From Zootoca vivipara (taxonomy: Eukaryota): DNA of 64,000 nucleotides. The position numbers and the translations under genes were made by a program. Shown here in pieces: positions 49,001-59,265 of this stretch (position 1 is the stretch's first letter; every line of letters starts with the position of its first letter). Where the stretch lies: contig NC_083277.1 of the NCBI RefSeq assembly GCF_963506605.1, positions 94,798,001 through 94,862,000 on the forward strand, in the 5' to 3' direction. The notes beneath the pieces were generated by a model, which saw only the letters and a list, made by a program, of their open reading frames with translations, did no database searches and was not told where the DNA came from.

Positions 49001-52000
49001 CTCACCAACTAAGCAGCCTGTCAATGCACCACAAGTGGCCACAACAATTTATTCCCATAAAAGACTTGAGGAACTGAGTAATTGTATTATGAAGAACATT
49101 TTATCTCTTTGATCACAATCTAAGAAGGAAAGAACCTAAAAAAAACTATAACATTTCATCAAGGGTTAGAAAGCCCTTGTGCACAAAAGGTTGGAGCTAC
49201 ATGCAAAGTCAGCAAAAATTATCTCAAGTTCACCTGATTGCCTCAAGATATACAAATGATGTAGAATTAATAATTTGTATGTTTTGTGTATTATGTGTTA
49301 TTGTGTAGGAATGCTGAAATGTGTTGAATGGGACTGACAAAAGGAGGGAATTGTTGGGTGTAATAGTTTCTGTGTTTAATATTCTTTGTATAACGTATTA
49401 TTGCTTACACCCCAATGGAGGATTCTCATGCATTTAATTACTTTAATAGATCAGTCCAAGATTTAGATTAGATCAATTTATGACCGCATTTCTTTCTCCC
49501 ACCTGGAACTCTGCAGTGTACCAGCCTTCTCTACACATTTTAGATTGTTTTAATTCATTCTATCAAGGAGAAGCTTCAGGATTCATGAAAGCCCAGATAA
49601 CAGGAAAATTATATATGCTTTGATTTAGCAGGAATGATCCCATACAGGGTTAAATTCACAATTGGACAGCAGCTCTTTGCAGAAAGGTTTGGAAAGTTAA
49701 TGGGGCTAAATGACTTAGTTCTGATTGGACATGTATCCCAGGTGTAATGAACTTTCTTTGGTCCCCTTGGAACAACTGAGCAACTTTCCTATAAGTGCAA
49801 AACCAACGCCAAATAATGCATCCCATAGAAAGGTCAAGGCAAGGACATCTCTCTCACGACATGTTCAAAACCTGTCCAAAACCTATGGCAAGGCGAAAAT
49901 GGTCAAAGGGAAGCCCTTTAAGGGATCCCCCAGGAATTGTTGCTATGGAATGCTGAAGGTCAAGAGACCAGAGTAAGCTAGATTGACACCTGGGAACATG
50001 CACACACAAAAAGGCAAAACAAACAGCATTTTCAGTTGCTGGTGGTCCTTCCTGTTAAATAAGCATAGCCCACTATTGAGAAAAAAAATGTTTTACCCAA
50101 GGTGCCAGAATTCCACAAGTAATATAGTATTGTGATAGCAGTATCCAGAGCATGTGCCCTCTGTGCCAAAAACAATCCAAGGGCAGGGGTGCTGCCCCCA
50201 CTGGGGATCCAGAGTGGAGGGTTCATCCCTATGGAAGAAGTGGTAGTAGATTTCACTACCACCAGCTAGAGGCTTCAGCCATTTTTAAGAGGCTGGCTCC
50301 CCTGGGTTGGAACCACATTATTGGATCCCATAGCCATTTTTTAATGTGTTCTTTGCTTAGTCCCATGTATTTGCTGATTGATCGAACAACCATGCCCCAC
50401 ATAATGGCCCTGTATCGAGGTATCCCTCCAGATGACGAGATTCCTCTCTTGGAGTGAAATCTGTCACAAAAAGAAAGGGGGAAATGAAGGGCCAGTACTT
50501 TTATTTAAGACACACCTAATTGATATGAAAATACACAGCACATTGTATAGAGGGGCTTAAAGTGAGAAAAATGCAGGGGCCCCATGGGCGTGTAGCTTGC
50601 AAACTGTTATCAAATGCCTGCCTTTCTCTACACGCCCAGTAAAGGAGGAGGGGAGTACAAGCTGGGTTCACAGGACCAGATAAGGGAGAAGGGTGTATTG
50701 CATTTGGAAAACATGTGTTTTTGTAGTTAAGGAAATAAGGTGTTGGCCTGTTTTTGACTGTATAAAAGTATTGTAAATCCACAATTCAGTGTGCAGGTTG
50801 CGAGCTGATTGCACTGCACCATTTACTTAGCATATGCTGAGCAAATAAATCTTGTTGTATCCTGCCTGGCATGTTGCCTCTTTGTGTGGTTCCATTGCTC
50901 CTAATACCCGGGTGGGACTTAGGTCCTACACCCCCTTTAAAATAAACAAATAACAGTATTCCGACTGCTAGACCAGAAGACCTATTAGGGTCAGCACAGA
51001 TGTCACGGTTGTACCATACAAAGTGAAGCGAAGTAAAATAGCAATATCCCTAAACTTCCACAGTGGAAGTAACCTCTTTTTGAGATGCTCCCTGTTCCAT
51101 GCTACCATTTCTGTTTGGCATAACACCTGACTTAGCACCTGTAAACAACACTGAGGAACCATGGTCTGGACTCAGCTGAAAAGGGAAAATATCTGCAGCC
51201 CAGAATCCACTCACCTACTGCTGTGGTTCATCACCTCTCGCTGCTTGTCAATGGTGTCCATCATATCCAGGTACTGGAAATCACATATGTATAAAATGAG
51301 TAACCTGAGTTTGAAATTCAAGCAGCAGGCAGGCAGGCAAATGTACTCAGGAGTACTGGGACAGCTGAACTTTTCTACCCTCAGGCCACAGCTTTTCTTC
51401 CTAGTCCTCCAGTTAACATGTCTATAGATTTTTAATCCCACCCTTCTACTCATGAGCTTTGGGAGACGCACAGTGTCCCCCCTGCATTTTAACCACACAA
51501 CAATCCTACACAACAATCAAGGTTAAGTTGAGAGGTAGCGTGGCCTAAACTCATTCAAATAGCTTTATGGTTTGAACCTGAGTTTCCCCAGTCCTAGCCT
51601 CAAGCTCTATTTGCAAGACCGCAAGTCTTTCTTTGCTGTGGGAATGTTATCACTGTAGTCACAAGAACTGAAGGTAAACACCAAGATGCTGAAGAGCAAC
51701 AGGTTAGATCCACAGGCGTCTTGTCAAGTATACAGTGGTACCTCAACTTACGAATTTAATGCGTTCTGAACACGCATTCGTAAGTTGAAAAAATTTGTAA
51801 GTCGAATCCCATAGGAATGCATTGGGAGAAAAAATTCGTAAGTCGAAGCAACCCTATCGAAAAACTCCTATCTAAACCGTATCCAAGATGGCGGACGGAG
51901 CTCCGTTTGTAAGTAGAAACATTCGTAAGTAGAGTTATTCGTAAGTCAAGGTACCACTGTACAGTGGTACCTCGGTTTATGAACACAATTGGTTCCGGAA

Positions 52001-54946
52001 GTCTGTTCATAAACTGAAGCGTTCATAAACTGAAGCGAACTTTCCCATTGAAAGTAATGGAAAGTGGATTAATCCGTTCCAGACGGTCCGCGGAGTAACC
52101 GTTCATAAACTGAAGCGAACTTTTCCATTGAAAGTAATGGAAAGTGGATTAATCCGTTCCAGACAGGTCCACGAAGTACTTAAACTGAAGCGTTCATAAA
52201 CTGAAACATGGGTGTAATTGGTTCTGGAAGTCTGTTCATAAACTGAAGCGTTCATAAACTGAAGCGAACTTTCCCATTAAAAGTAATGGAAAGTGAATTA
52301 ATCCGTTCCAGATGGGTCTGCGGTGTTCATAAACCGAAAATTCATAAACCGAGGTGTTCATAAACCGAGGTGTTCATAAACCGAGGTTCCACTGTATATA
52401 GGAAGAGCAAGGATTCATTCAATCAAATGGATTACTTTCAGGGAGTTTAAGGAATTAAGTTTTCTTAGCTGGACTAGTTCAGATGATATTTCTGGGAGGC
52501 CGAGAGTTACACAGACCTCTGAGCACTGAGAGGTGCTCCTAACCATTTCTCTTGGCTTCAGCAATTCTACCAGGCCACAGGGATCCAGCAAGATGATTTT
52601 ACAGTAACAATCCTCCCTAGACCAGACCAGACAAACTGGTCCAGGCTTTCTTCAATTTCTAGTATGTTCAAAGTAGTTTGCCATCTGAAGCTGTGAGGGT
52701 TCTGTAGATCAGAACAACTTCCTCTGGCGACTTGGGAGGAATCACCAAGTGATGTTAGAAATGCAATGCCCTCAAGATCAAGCACCATTACAAATTAACC
52801 CTTCCACTCCATAGAGAACCTGACTGAATCCATGGATGAAGAAGACAGGACAGCTCCATAACACATACCCCCAAAAAACTATCAAGCAAAGCTAACAAAC
52901 CTGTCTAGAGTTCTTCTCCTTCAAGCTTATCACCTCTTTGCTGAGCACTTGGGTCATGCTCCGACTCTTGCAGAGGATGTTTTGACGTTCTTGGTTGTGT
53001 TCCATGGCTTGATCTGGGCCAGAGGGAGAAAGAGAAAGTGCATAAATGAAACTTTCCACCAAATATTCTGCTCAGGGTGAGCAGCCAGTGATGTGTAGTC
53101 GATAGAACGTTGGACCCAGACCTGGGAGTCTGGGGTTCTAGTCTCCACTCAGTCATGAAACTCAACGGGGTGACCTTGGGCCAGTCACTAACTCTCAACC
53201 TAATCTACCTCACAAGGCTGTTGCCACCTTGAGCTCCTAACAACAACAACAACAACATATTATTATTATTATTTATACCCCGCCCATCTGGCTGGGTTTC
53301 CCCAGCCACTCTGGGCGGCTTCCAACAGAAAAATGAAATAAAATAATCTATTAAACATTAAAAGCCTCCCTAAACAGGGCTGCCTTCAGATGTCTTCTAA
53401 AAATCTGGTAGAAAAGGGGCGGGATATAAATGCAACCAACCAACCAATCATATACCGATGAGGTCAGTTTTGTCCCAGAGTCACAAATGTGAAATCCAAC
53501 AATTGCTGTTCGTATGTTCCCTGTGCATCTGGCATCAAAATGGGGAGTGTGACATATGAAGAGTCTTGCCGGAGTAAACCAAACACTCTGTTTTCAACAG
53601 GGGCCTACCAGTTACCTCCGAGACGCTCATAATATAAACTAAAAAAAAAAACCCAGCAAATGTGCTGCCCTCCCTCCAAGCCCAGGATGTTCTGTCAACT
53701 TCAAATAACTGTGAGCCTGTCTGAAAATCTTCTTTGGTCTCAGGCTGGATGTTGACCTCTTGTCCCTCTTGTACAGGACCGTTGGGTACAGGGCAGGCCG
53801 CCGCAGCAGCTGAACGTAGAACTCTAAGCACGTAAAGGGCTGGCGCAGCTGCTCACCCACAGCCTTCAGGATGTCACTGGGCACATTGTTCCCGGCCAAT
53901 TCCAGTTGTCGTAGTGCCCGGTTGCTATGCAGGCAATTCAGGAGTGCACGGCCCCCCAGGAGCCCAATGTTATTCCAGCGCAGATCTAAGTAAGAAGAAA
54001 AGCACCACACACGACACCACCAGTTAAACACGAGTGTGGCGATTCGCCCTGAGTCAGGACCCAGAGGGTAAGGGGTTAAGCTGGGGACAGTTAGAACCCT
54101 CAGGGGCGGGCTTAGCCAAGGGATAAAAACCCCTCCCGAGTGGCAGTTGCAGTTGGAGTTGGAGTTGAGTGAGTTAGTGAAGTCAGAGTTGGTTGGGGAG
54201 TGAGAGTCAGAGAGCTAGGTGGAGTATTGGGGGGGGGGGAGGAACAGACAGACAGGATAGCAGTTTGTTATAAAACTAGTTGTGTTGTGTTACTTAGAAG
54301 GTATAGGCCGGTATAGGCAACAGTTTTAAGTTCATGTACAATATCATCAATCCAGTAACCGCACACATATGTACCAATAAATAAACTAAACTTGTTGTTT
54401 TTAAATCATATCCTGGTCTGTGTCGTCTGAGAAGGGAAATAGCAAGTATCCAGCTGGCAGTCTGAGGGGAGCTGCAGCCTGGGATACAAAGTGTCATTGG
54501 TGCAGCATCAATTGATCTTGAAAACATCCAGTGGTGCTGTACAGGTCCAGGCAGGACCGTGACAACAAGATCTTGCTTTTCCAAGTTTTCACACACCAGC
54601 AGCTGAAACTAGGCCACTGGGGTGTGTGTGTGTGTGTATTAACTATAACTGCAATTCATCGAGGGTCCAGTGAAAAGGGCTGGGAGGCTAATCTCTAGTG
54701 GCATTCCACTTCATGTCTTTTTTTGTACTAGGGAGATAAATGCTTGCTGAACTGCTGCAAAGTTTAGCAAAGCAACAGATCCATACTTTATTATACGTGT
54801 GTGAAACGAACAGTATAATTCTATGCATAATTAGAGGTGCTTAAGCCCATTAATTACTACGGGTTTACATGTGCACCAAATTCTGCACAGGGCTCCACTT
54901 GGAAATGCTTCTGTAAGGATACTTTGTAGGCTAGGGAGACTTTGCC

Positions 54947-54991
<45 letters not shown>

Positions 54992-57900
54992 AGTTTTGAG
55001 TATTTTGCCATGCATTGCTTCAGGTGCCAGCCAGGCAGCCAATAAAGCTCAATGGCTGAAGGCCTCATGCCAAAAGGTGCATGACAGGCCACTAAGGCCA
55101 TGTCTGCACCTGTACAGTTCTAAGCTTGACTTGCCCTGGTTTGGTTGGTCAAGAGTGGGCAAATTTATATCTTTCTGAACAGAGTATCGAAATCTGCAAA
55201 GTGAGATGCCCAACTGCCTCAGCACCACCTCCAATTCTGCAGATGCTGCTTGGTAGCATTTGGTGGCTGCAGTGCAGGAGTCAAATGATCCCAGGGTGAA
55301 AGCGGGTCACTGTGGAGACAGGGGTCGGACACATCCATGCAATGCCCTGCAGATACCTTCAGAAGTAGGCAGAGTCCAAGGCTCAAGCCAGGAGAGCAGA
55401 CATCGCTTCCCTGAAAAAGGAACTGGGCTGACAAGGAGGGGAAGATGCTTCGCTGCTTAGAGCAGTGGTTCTCAAAGGGTGTGGCACCCCCCTCCCCACT
55501 GATGTAGCTGGGCAGAGAAGATTCAAGGACCATCAAAGAAACATTTAAACATTTCAGTGTGGTATAACATAGTATCAAAATAATATATTTTTATTTCTAG
55601 AATATGGATAGGTATCTTTTTAAAATGAGAGCAAGAGCATCAAGTAATACTAAGGACAACCCTAGCTGTTTTTTCCAATGTATTGCTGATCGATTTGGTG
55701 TAAAAAGAAGCAGAACAGACAATCACGGAAAATGAAGATGCCAAAACACTAAGATAAACCACCGTGACAATCTCCCTGATATGAGATATAGTGTACTAAC
55801 TTATAACTAGTGAGGACTATTTATCAGGTATAATTTATAAGCATTTAAGTTTCTTCATTTGATTTTGGTTTAGGAGTATTATACCTGATAAATATTTTGG
55901 AATAGTCCTCACTAGTTATAAGTTAGTACACAATTGATTTGGTGTGGCATGAGTAGATTTTTATTCTAAGTGTGTGGCCCAGAGAAGTAAGTCTGAGAGA
56001 TTGGTCTTACCAAGTTCCCGAAGACTGGAATTGGCTTTCAGCGCCATGGACAGCTCTCCTGCCCCCTGGTGGTTGATCTGGTTATTGCGCAGATCCAGGT
56101 ACTGGATGTGACCATTGGCGCCAAGGCCCTCGCAGAAAATGGCAAAGCTTTCTTCCCACACACCCACGTTGTTCCATTCCAAAGTGAGACTGGAGTTGGG
56201 AGCGGGGAAGAGTCAAAAACAAAGGCAAAGAGACCACGTTAGGCAAGAGCACAGCTAAGACTGGGCTATACACCAAGCAAGGAGCCTTTAATTTTCCTCC
56301 CACTCAGTACCAATTTTATGAGGTAATATTGTGTGCCAATCAATAATTTTGTAGAGACAAGAAAGAACCCACCCAGTCTTTTCAGTTTCGCTGAGCAACA
56401 ACAGGAGATGCTGCTCTCGGTCAGATTTCGAAGAAATGGATGTGATACGTGCACACAGCGCACCCCCAGAAGGGTCCAAAAGGAGCAGATGTAGCCCGAA
56501 ATCCCTGTGGCTGCTCACCTCCGGATTGTCTTGTTCTGCCTGAGCAGTTTCCCCAGAGCCTCTGCCCCCACAGATCGTAGGTTGTTTCCCTGAAACAAAC
56601 CAAGCCCCAGCAGTTAACAGGATAACATATGAGCATGGCAGGGTCAGACCAAAGGCCCACCTAGTCTGTTATCCTGGTTCTCAGATGCTTGTGGGAAGCC
56701 CTTAAGCAAGCCAGGAACACAATGGCCCTCTCCCACTCATGGTCCCCAGTAAATGGGATTCAGCTGCTTGTTTTGCCTCGTTGTCAGGTACAAGAACATC
56801 AACACTACAAATGACACTGCTTTAAAATAACTTTTTGTACCATGGCTTCACCCAAGGACACTTGGGAGTTAGAAACTTGTAAAGATGTTGTGACTAGCTC
56901 TTGTGAATGTGAACTACACATTCAGTGTAGTTCACATTCAGTGTTATATTTTCATTATCAACTATTATTTTTATGATTCTGCTGTTGTACATCACTTTGT
57001 GTTATTTGAACTAAAAAGCAGGGTGAAATTTATTAAGTACATAAATAGAATCCAAGATTCCTTAGGGGAGAAAGCCATGGCGTTTAAACTTCAAAAAATC
57101 TGTACTAGCAACATAGGCACACACTACCTACATTTGAGGTCTGGGCTAATCATACGCTGCAACTTAAGCAAAATATTTGTCTCTCTTAGCTTGTGGTGGG
57201 GGGTAATGAGGAGCTAGTTATTTCTTATTGGAGCTTTGTTCCACATGTGTTTAGGACTGGGATGCAAAACCATATGCACAGAACCTGTAAGAGCTTAAAG
57301 CAACTAACTGGGACTTCTGATTCTGAATTCCTGCCTTTACGTTTAAAATTGTACCTCTGCAACCATGAAGATGAGGAATTTAGCCTTTAAAAATAGCTGG
57401 GATTCTCATTGCAGTCTTTTCTGGACCCCACTACTTGGAAGTGGAACCGACTCACCTTCAGATCCAAGGATTTCACAACAGTGTTGGAACAAAGTCCATG
57501 AAGTAGTAGCTTAGCCCCTGTAAGGGAAAAAGGAAAGAGCAGTTACAGTAATTTCTTTTTGTACTGCAGGTCTGGCCTCTCAACCCCTGGGTATGAGCAG
57601 CAAGAGTCAGCAGATATTCATTTCAGTCAGGCAAGCTCTGTTGTTAGCAATTTCTTGCTATGATTCTAACACAGGAGTACCCAAACAGATGCACTCTATA
57701 TGCTGTGGTCAATTTCCATCAGCCTCAGCCAGCATGGCCAACGGTCAAGGATGATGGATGAGTTGTAATCCAAAATATCTAGAACACACTATGTTGGCTA
57801 TCCCTGCTCTAATGGGTGCCAAAAGGTCTTCCTCTGGAATTATGTGTTACCTATAACTCTAGCCTGGGAAAGCTGTTTCAAAGGGGAGCCATAACTCATT

Positions 57901-59265
57901 TATAGTACCATCTTATGCAGGCATCCCCAAACTTCGGCCCTCCAGATGTTTTGGACTACAATTCCCATCTTCCTTGACCACTGGTCTTGTTGTAGGCCAG
58001 AGTTGTAGGCCAAAACATCTGGAGGGCCGCGGTTTGGGGGTGCCTGATCTTATGCATGTTGTGAGCTATCAGGCCCAATCCAAGGCTTTGCTACTGGCTC
58101 TGGGCTCAAGTTCTCAATAGAATGCCTTTCCCGGTTTCAATCAACCCACACTTGGAGGTCTGCAGTGGGGAGGAGGTATGTTCTGGGGAGGGAGCCCTGA
58201 GGGGCAGTCTTCCTCAAGCTTTGGACTACGACTCTCATCAGTGCCAGCCCACATGACCAGTGATCAGGGAGTGCAACAAGTGCATCTAGAGGGCAACAAG
58301 CTTTCCACCCATGTTTTAGGGTTAGAAATAAGCCTGTATTCTCAGGATGCTGTATTCTGGCCCCACTGCCAATTATTGCATACAGTAGTGCAATCACAGA
58401 AATTGCAGTGCATGCCTAGCCCTGTGTAAGAGGCTCTGTTAACAACATGTTCTTTGGGAAGTGGGAAAATTCTGTTTCAGTGTAATATTTTCTGGGGCTT
58501 AGTCTGTTAAATGCAGTCTTCATATTATGGGAAAATGCCCTAGCCTGGGTGGCTGGTAATTAGCAGGCAATTTGGGGGTGGTGTGGTGTTAACCCTTTCC
58601 TTCCCTACTGTGGCACTGAGGAAAATCTATTTTCTGCAAAAAATCAATTTTACATCACTTCACACATCATTGTTTGGCTCTTGATGGGATTTCAAATGCA
58701 CCCCCTCATAGAGGCATCATGGTTCTGAATAGAGACCAAATCCCCTTACGGAAATTGCCACCAGCAAGTATTCCAAGCCCTTTTTTTCCTGGGCCTTCCA
58801 TGGCAACTTGCAATCTTTTGTTTTATTCCTTCCCAAGTGATACATGGAAACCCCTTTTACGAGGAGCAGAAATTCCCACTTGCGCAACTGCAATGAAAGC
58901 ATATGGGTGACAGAGCCGCATCAGCAACTAAAGGACGGGTGAGAGGCCATGAGGAAAAGAGGCCACAGACTATGGCTTTTACTGTCTATTCTCAGGAAAG
59001 GACAGAAATCAAGAATTGCCTTATGAACAAACAGAGCCCCACCTTCTTCACTCAGCATACAATTGCTCAGCGTGATCTCGGTGAACTGGAGTTCATCCTG
59101 CAAGAGCTTGCCCAGGACCCCGCAGGTTTCCACAGAAAGGGTGTGTGTAGCTAAATCCAAGCGGCTTTTCCCTGAGGCTTCCTCCAAGTGCTGCAGGATA
59201 CTTTCCTGGGGTTCAGCACCGCTCTCCTTGCACAGCCTAAGGTAGGACCGTCGGAAGTCATCCAT
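37032..59265 (-). CDS. LRRC45: Leucine-rich repeat-containing protein 45 (centrosome linker), 17 coding exons, 671 aa
   Basis: Exons 59265-59043, 57517-57456, 56589-56519, 56189-56011, 53985-53857, 53013-52901, 51273-51215, 43141-43064, 41832-41697, 41466-41389, 41207-41096, 40969-40899, 39766-39674, 39429-39337, 38646-38473, 38153-38006, 37228-37032 (2016 nt, GT-AG, in frame). [21 protein letters not shown] start, LRRs ([32 protein letters not shown]), then a long coiled coil. Confidence 0.95.
39827..39962. mobile_element. hAT MITE family A
   Basis: Perfect 8-bp TSD ATCTAGTG. Confidence 0.92.
40377..40512. mobile_element. hAT MITE family A (opposite orientation)
   Basis: Perfect 8-bp TSD GCTTAGGG. 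Confidence 0.92.
40768..40857. mobile_element. hAT MITE family B
   Basis: TIR CATAGCTGCCAAG/CTTGGCAGCTATG; perfect 8-bp TSD CCAGGGAG. Confidence 0.9.
43450..43895 (+). repeat. 5' LTR
   Basis: TGAAGGG...CCTACA; TATAAAA at 43726; AATAAA at 43809; identical by eye to 50485-50930. Confidence 0.95.
43900..43917 (+). promoter_or_regulatory. Primer binding site for tRNA-Pro
   Basis: TGGGGGCTCGTCCGGGAT, the 18-nt MLV-type Pro PBS, 4 nt after the LTR. Confidence 0.92.
45861..46945. mobile_element. 1.1-kb non-autonomous hAT (Charlie-like) element nested in the LTR element
   Basis: 17-bp TIR CAGTGGTTCCCAATTAG / CTAATTGGGAACCATTG (1 mismatch); perfect 8-bp TSD TTTTAGAG. Confidence 0.9.
48005..48734 (+). 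mobile_element. 5'-truncated CR1 LINE nested in the LTR element, A->G hypermutated
   Basis: [27 protein letters not shown]...YEERL.ELG.F.LEKR..RGDMI CR1 ORF2 remnants; ends in ATTCTATG repeats. Confidence 0.92.
50123..50457 (+). pseudogene. Retroviral integrase N-terminal remnant joined to an env TM/cytoplasmic-tail-like remnant
   Basis: 50123-50269 reads [48 protein letters not shown] (CxxC of HHCC plus the first catalytic DFT). Then [18 protein letters not shown] / LMCSLLSP...IMALYRGI...* ends just before the PPT. Confidence 0.7.
50485..50930 (+). repeat. 3' LTR
   Basis: Direct repeat of 43450-43895, preceded by the PPT; the ORF track gives identical 88-aa translations for both. Confidence 0.95.
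51733..51959. mobile_element. Tc1/mariner-pogo MITE family T1
   Basis: Reverse-orientation relative of 12508-12750; TA flanks. Confidence 0.88.
51962..52394. mobile_element. Tc1/mariner-pogo MITE family T2
   Basis: Relative of 21120-21440 with an extra internal unit; shares the TA at 51960-51961 with the T1 copy. Confidence 0.88.
53250..53410 (-). mobile_element. L2 3' terminal fragment, next to an older MIR/CORE-like SINE remnant (~53085-53240)
   Basis: Reverse complement of the L2 3' ends at 3100-3253 and 23150-23241. Confidence 0.65.
54035..54564 (+). mobile_element. Probable solo LTR (Gypsy-like), ~530 bp
   Basis: TGTGGCG...CGTGACA termini; 5-bp TSD ACGAG/ACAAG; GC box; TATA-like GATAAAA at ~54122; AATAAA at ~54376. 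Confidence 0.65.
54949..54990. repeat. (TG)n microsatellite
   Basis: About 21 TG units. Confidence 0.95.
55791..55931. repeat. AT-rich inverted repeat in LRRC45 intron 4
   Basis: 31-bp perfect arm 55791-55821 / 55901-55931, plus inner arm TATCAGGTATAAT / ATTATACCTGATA. Confidence 0.88.
57918..58046. mobile_element. hAT MITE family A
   Basis: Perfect 8-bp TSD ATCTTATG. Confidence 0.92.

Larger units (their letters stand above)
43450..50930 (+). mobile_element. Non-autonomous class I (gamma/ERV1-like) LTR element in LRRC45 intron 7, antisense to the host gene
   Basis: Two 446-bp TG...CA LTRs; C-run TSD on both sides; tRNA-Pro PBS at 43900-43917; PPT AAAAAGAAAGGGGGAAA at 50468-50484; no long gag/pol/env ORF. 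Confidence 0.93.

Noticed and set aside
49860-50020. Possible integrase C-terminal remnant (LKVK...[10 protein letters not shown])
   Set aside because: Similarity is weak, frameshifted and out of order relative to the N-terminal remnant; cannot be supported without a search.
51962-52394. CRISPR-like periodic repeats
   Set aside because: Eukaryotic context, no unique spacers, bounded by TIRs and TA: internal repeats of a MITE.
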